Made by a program: the position numbers and the translations under genes | Part shown: positions 59,514 through 64,000 of the stretch, one piece after another | How positions within the stretch are numbered: the first letter of the stretch is position 1 | Layout: every line of letters starts with the position of its first letter | Notes under the pieces: generated by a model | Told to the model about the DNA's origin: nothing | Seen by the model: the letters and a program-made list of their open reading frames with translations, nothing else | The model's database searches: none | From: Blasia pusilla | Lineage: Eukaryota | Length of the DNA stretch: 64,000 nt | Assembly (NCBI GenBank): GCA_050084515.1 | Contig: CM114271.1 | Span: 36,022,001-36,086,000 of the forward strand | Direction: 5' to 3'

Positions 59514-62500
59514 CACTAGAAGAAATCCCTGGTTTTATGACTAGGTTATATGATTCATGTGAGTCATATTTTACATACCACGACTAACAATGACTAACGA
59601 CTACTTTAGACACAAAAGCCAAGTCATATTTGTTTGGCGACTAGGCTAACTAGGATGGTCAGCTTAGATGGAGGTTGGTATATGACTAGAGGGTGTAGTC
59701 ATGAGGCCATGACTAACACGTCACTCAGATGACGTGGAATAATGACACATCATCAATGACATGGACTATTTAGTATGATGTGTCACTAATGACATGGACT
59801 ATTGCTGTGACATGTCATTGATGATGTGGACTTGAGTACGACTTGTCTAGTCATATGTGTATATTTTTCTAGTTACCACCAACGACTCCTTTAGTCATGG
59901 TTGGTGTGCAAAATTTCAGGATATTCTATCAAAATGCACCAAGTATAGTCCATTGAGTTATAGTTGGCAACTCATGTAGTCATTTTATTTTATTGAAATG
60001 TTGGTATGGACTCATGTAGTCATGTACTATGACTAGAAGAGTAGAGTTACATGACTACTATAAAAGAGGACACAACTGGTTTAGTCGTGAAGATATGACT
60101 ATATGAGTAGCGGAAATTATATAGCCATTGCAAATGAATCGCATGAGTCATACAATTATGACTAGAGAGAACTTGAAGCTTACTACTTTAGTTTTTGAAG
60201 AGTACTGTGCAAGTTATATTGATATGACTAGTGGGAATATAAATTTTTGATATTTTGGAATATTTATTATGCCTTTTGAACGGTGCAAGAATGAATGGAT
60301 CTGAATTATTGAAATCCTCTTTTGAAAACAGATTTTGAGGGGTGGAATGTCACTTAAGAGTAGCTTCCATACACCAAATTACAAAATTAATCATTATTAC
60401 ATGGGGTTATCATTCAAAAATAGATAAAAATACAAATATCAAATATAATAGGGTTTATGATCTCATCTTGAAAGAGCAAGAGAGATTATGTCATCCATGA
60501 AAACAAAGTTATTGCACCTTAGATAGTTGGATGCCAAAAGAAAAGACTATTCTATTGATTCATCTTTCTCATATGCATCTCGGCGAGCATGCTTGAACCA
60601 AGAGCATCACCAAATGTTTCTGTGTTCGTCTATCAAATTCGGCATCCACAAAGCATGTTCTCGCTTTGTTCGAACACCTCGTTTAGATCAACCCTCACCA
60701 CGCCTAAGGGGATGTCTTTGGCATGGAACTTGTCTCTCCCACCAAAACCTGATATAACTCCTGACCCAAGCACCATCCTACTCAACTTTGGCTTGGTGAG
60801 TAATACGTGATCACCAATTCGTAGCTAAAAAAATACCACAGGCATTTAGTTAGTACCAATTCAAATTCTTTCCACATGCATTTGCACCATTAATCTGAAA
60901 ATAAAAAACTGCTATGATATACATTTTGAAAGACCATCCCCATTTCGGAAGATGACGTGAAAAGTTCACAAGTCCTAGATGACCATTTGATCCACAACAA
61001 GAATTATCGATTGTCGTCATATAAACCTTGAATAGAAGAGGCCATTATAGATGAGATAAATTACCTTAGTTATTTTCTTAGAGGGGCCTGATCTGATTTC
61101 ACTTTCTGCTCATTCAAACCATCAGTTGTAGCCTAGACTTTGTCTTTTGGATGGTGATGATTTGGCTTGGCTATCCATACTCACGTTTTCTGCACATTAT
61201 GCACGACAAAGTCCATTAAAGGTTGTAGGAAGAAATGAGTTTTGTTTAGTGGATAGTTTGAAAACTATGCCACAGATAAATTCATTATGCCAAGGATGAC
61301 ATACTTACGAGTGATTCGAGTATCACCATCTGCACTTTCGTGGAACTTCTCCTTTTGTTGCTCCGTTCGCACTTCAACAAACAACCCAAGTATTGAGAAA
61401 TGAATTGTAAAACCAGATTCTTCACTTCAACAAGTAATTATATTATACGACCCTACATGTAGTGAAGCTAAACTCTCTACTTACCACCAGATTGTGTAGT
61501 TGGCATTGCCTCTTTTTGTGTGGAGATCTTCCTCTTCCCTAATTTTCCGGTGTGAAGACGTTGGTATAGGTTCAACATTGATTGTAAGTTACTCAAAACA
61601 AAGAAAGTCGGTTGTGAAATGCTCATCTTTGGAAAGGACAAGTAGTTATAACCATTGAAAACCAAAGGCGGAAGAATGAGAATGGGCTACGATGTGAGTT
61701 TCTCATCTGTTGTTGCATATGGTTGAGAATTGGATGGCGGGAACTAGAAATCTGGTGTGGTGTTGAAGACACATCCTTTGAAGTAAGTTTGGACACCATT
61801 TCCATGAGTACACTTAATGCCTTGTTCTGCCGTTCCATCTGCAACTTCACATCATCCAAATCTGCGCTCCACTTCTTCCAATTGAATAGTGACTCTAGAT
61901 TCCACACTCTGCATATATAATCCAACGATCAATTAGGTACCCAAAAAATATGGTTTTTCAATTACACACTTAGATACAATCATGATACTAACACCATAAT
62001 TCAACATGATTAAGGATATGATATTAACTCCATGACCCAATCTGATGAAGGTCATAATACTAGCCATGTCAAGCCAACGGGTAAGAAAAGAGTTAAGCAT
62101 TTACATTTACCGATGAACTCAATTGTGTGAAACCAGTTTTAGGCAACTCGCTTCTCTCCGTATATTCTAGCCCCGTGCCCAAGGACTCCTTTGAGGTACG
62201 TTGTTGCACCTGCACATGCTCCTTAAATACATAAATTATGAAATTCATGCATGTGAAAGGATTCATTGCAAATATGGAAATGAAGCAATAATGGAAGTTT
62301 TCTACCATTATATAACTTTAGCAAGAAAACTAGGGAATGCCAAGATGACTTACATCAAGTCCATCTAAACCTGCACGGCCGGAGAAATTTAAAGTCTGGA
62401 CCTTGGCCCTTGCTCGAGCCATCTTTTCTGCCTTCATTTTGCCTTCCTCGGAGAGCCAATAATCTACTAATCGATTCCATGACTCCTCATTGGTATCAGG

Positions 62501-64000
62501 GTGACATGGGACTGCTCGATGAGCCCCATGTAATGTCCAATAGTTCTTGACATTGGATCGCTCGGTTTTCAATAGTTGTGCTATTTTTTTCTTCATGAAA
62601 TCAAGCGAAAGAGATGATGCACCCACATATGTGTATGCCTCAAGGATATGATTCAAGCAATGACCATGTTGATAGAATTCTGTTTACCAATCTCAATACA
62701 TGATAAGTCCAAGTACCTCATCACCCATACCTTCAATTCATTTAGCCAAGGCTCATAACGAGGAACTCTAGGCGACGGAATACCATTTGGCATGAGCTCA
62801 CATCTAGGTTTTAAGTTTTGCTCCTTCCTAATGGAGACATCACGAGTCCACAAATCACGCTTTGTGCGACTCTGCCGCTCTCCTACAAATATACCACCAT
62901 CCCAATTCTCAGATATAAAAAATATAGGGCCGACAATTATAAACTCACCAAATCATAATTATGTTGAACTATATTAACTATAAGACCAACTTATACTAGT
63001 AACAATTTCACACCTTTCATAATACAACAACCTATTTTAGTATAAATTTGCAAACTTGGAACCAAGTGAGAAGTCACCTTTAGATGCACCTGCTTGCGGG
63101 GTCAAATTTTTTGATGGGCTTGGTGTTGTGCAAGATTGAGACCTACTACGGTATAATTCATCATCCGTATTCCCGTTGGCCAATGGAGGTACCAATGGTG
63201 TTGGGGGCAGCGGTTGGGATGGCCCATGTCCCTTGTGTCCACAAAAGAAATACAATTAACTAGTTAGACTTCCAATTAATTGAATTCCCGTGTGCAAAAC
63301 AAGAAAGAACAGAATAGTAAGCCTGCTTACCCATGGGGGTGGGATGTTCATGGATGATTGAGCTCCATTGGTCCATGGTGGCTGAAATTGACTTCCATAA
63401 CCCATCGGTGATTGCATCATCATTGGTACCCACCACGGCATCGGCTTTGTGCCCATGGGGGTGGATGAGGGGATATGCTTGCGAAGGCATTATGGGTTGT
63501 GATGGAGTTCCATCCATGGGCTGCACATGCAAGTAAATGGATGAATAAACTAAACTAGAGACCATTTGATGAGCAAAGATTAGTGAAGTCATAATGATAG
63601 GCTTCTACCACTCAATTTATTACATACCAATCATACATATAGAGATAGTTGAATATTCCTCCATGTATACAATTACATTACCGCATCGTTTGTATTGGTG
63701 GAATTTTGTACACTTCCTTGTTTGGATGGTTCGATTGGACGCTCCTTTGCTTGTTTGGAAAATTGGACGCTCCTTCAAAACAGACATTTCGTTGTGAGTT
63801 AACAGAGTCGTCATAATTCTGAAATCTGAAGAGAGTAGCAAAACAACAAGATGTGAAGAGAAAGTACCCTCCCATCCTCCAGCCACAAGTCGTCATCCTC
63901 TTGGTCCCCAAGAAGTCCATCTCTAGGAGTGGATTATAATAGGGGTCTTTGGAATCACTATCTGAACAATCTTTTCGAATCTCCTCGGGATTACACTTTG
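59514..64000 (-). mobile_element. CACTA (En/Spm) element end, extending beyond the window
   Basis: CACTAGAAGAAA terminus at 59514 interrupting the MULE ORF; dense subterminal ATGACT/AGTCAT repeats to ~60300. Confidence 0.8.
61623..63592 (-). pseudogene. Multi-exon CACTA TnpA/ORF2-like gene with a Transposase_24-like segment; exon limits not resolved
   Basis: SWNRLVDYWLSEEGKMKAEKMARARAKVQTLNFSGRAG (62330-62656), coiled-coil piece LDDVKLQMERQNKALSVL, Pro-rich upstream pieces separated by AT-rich intron-like gaps. Confidence 0.65.

Overview
Eukaryotic, almost certainly plant, nuclear DNA (inferred non-seed plant) made mostly of nested, degenerate transposable elements around one intact host gene: an intronless amidohydrolase_2-type gene (28456-29571) with a signal peptide and C-terminal KEEL. 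The standout is a Ty3/gypsy retrotransposon family with a near-complete copy (7059-19956), a truncated copy (43540-~51116), a solo terminal unit and a leader fragment. Its pol carries a DNMT3-like C5 cytosine methyltransferase between protease and RT and a PHD finger after integrase. Its ends are non-canonical: unique TG- and CA-ended segments lie outside the direct repeats (A-B...B-C), and a 16-nt self-complementary site replaces a tRNA PBS. Also present are two Ty1/copia copies, a Mutator-like family with a GCM-like zinc domain and 66-67 bp palindromic arrays, a CACTA end with a TnpA-like gene, a CRE-like non-LTR remnant and a Helitron PIF1 helicase remnant. All calls come from manual motif reading; no database searches were run.
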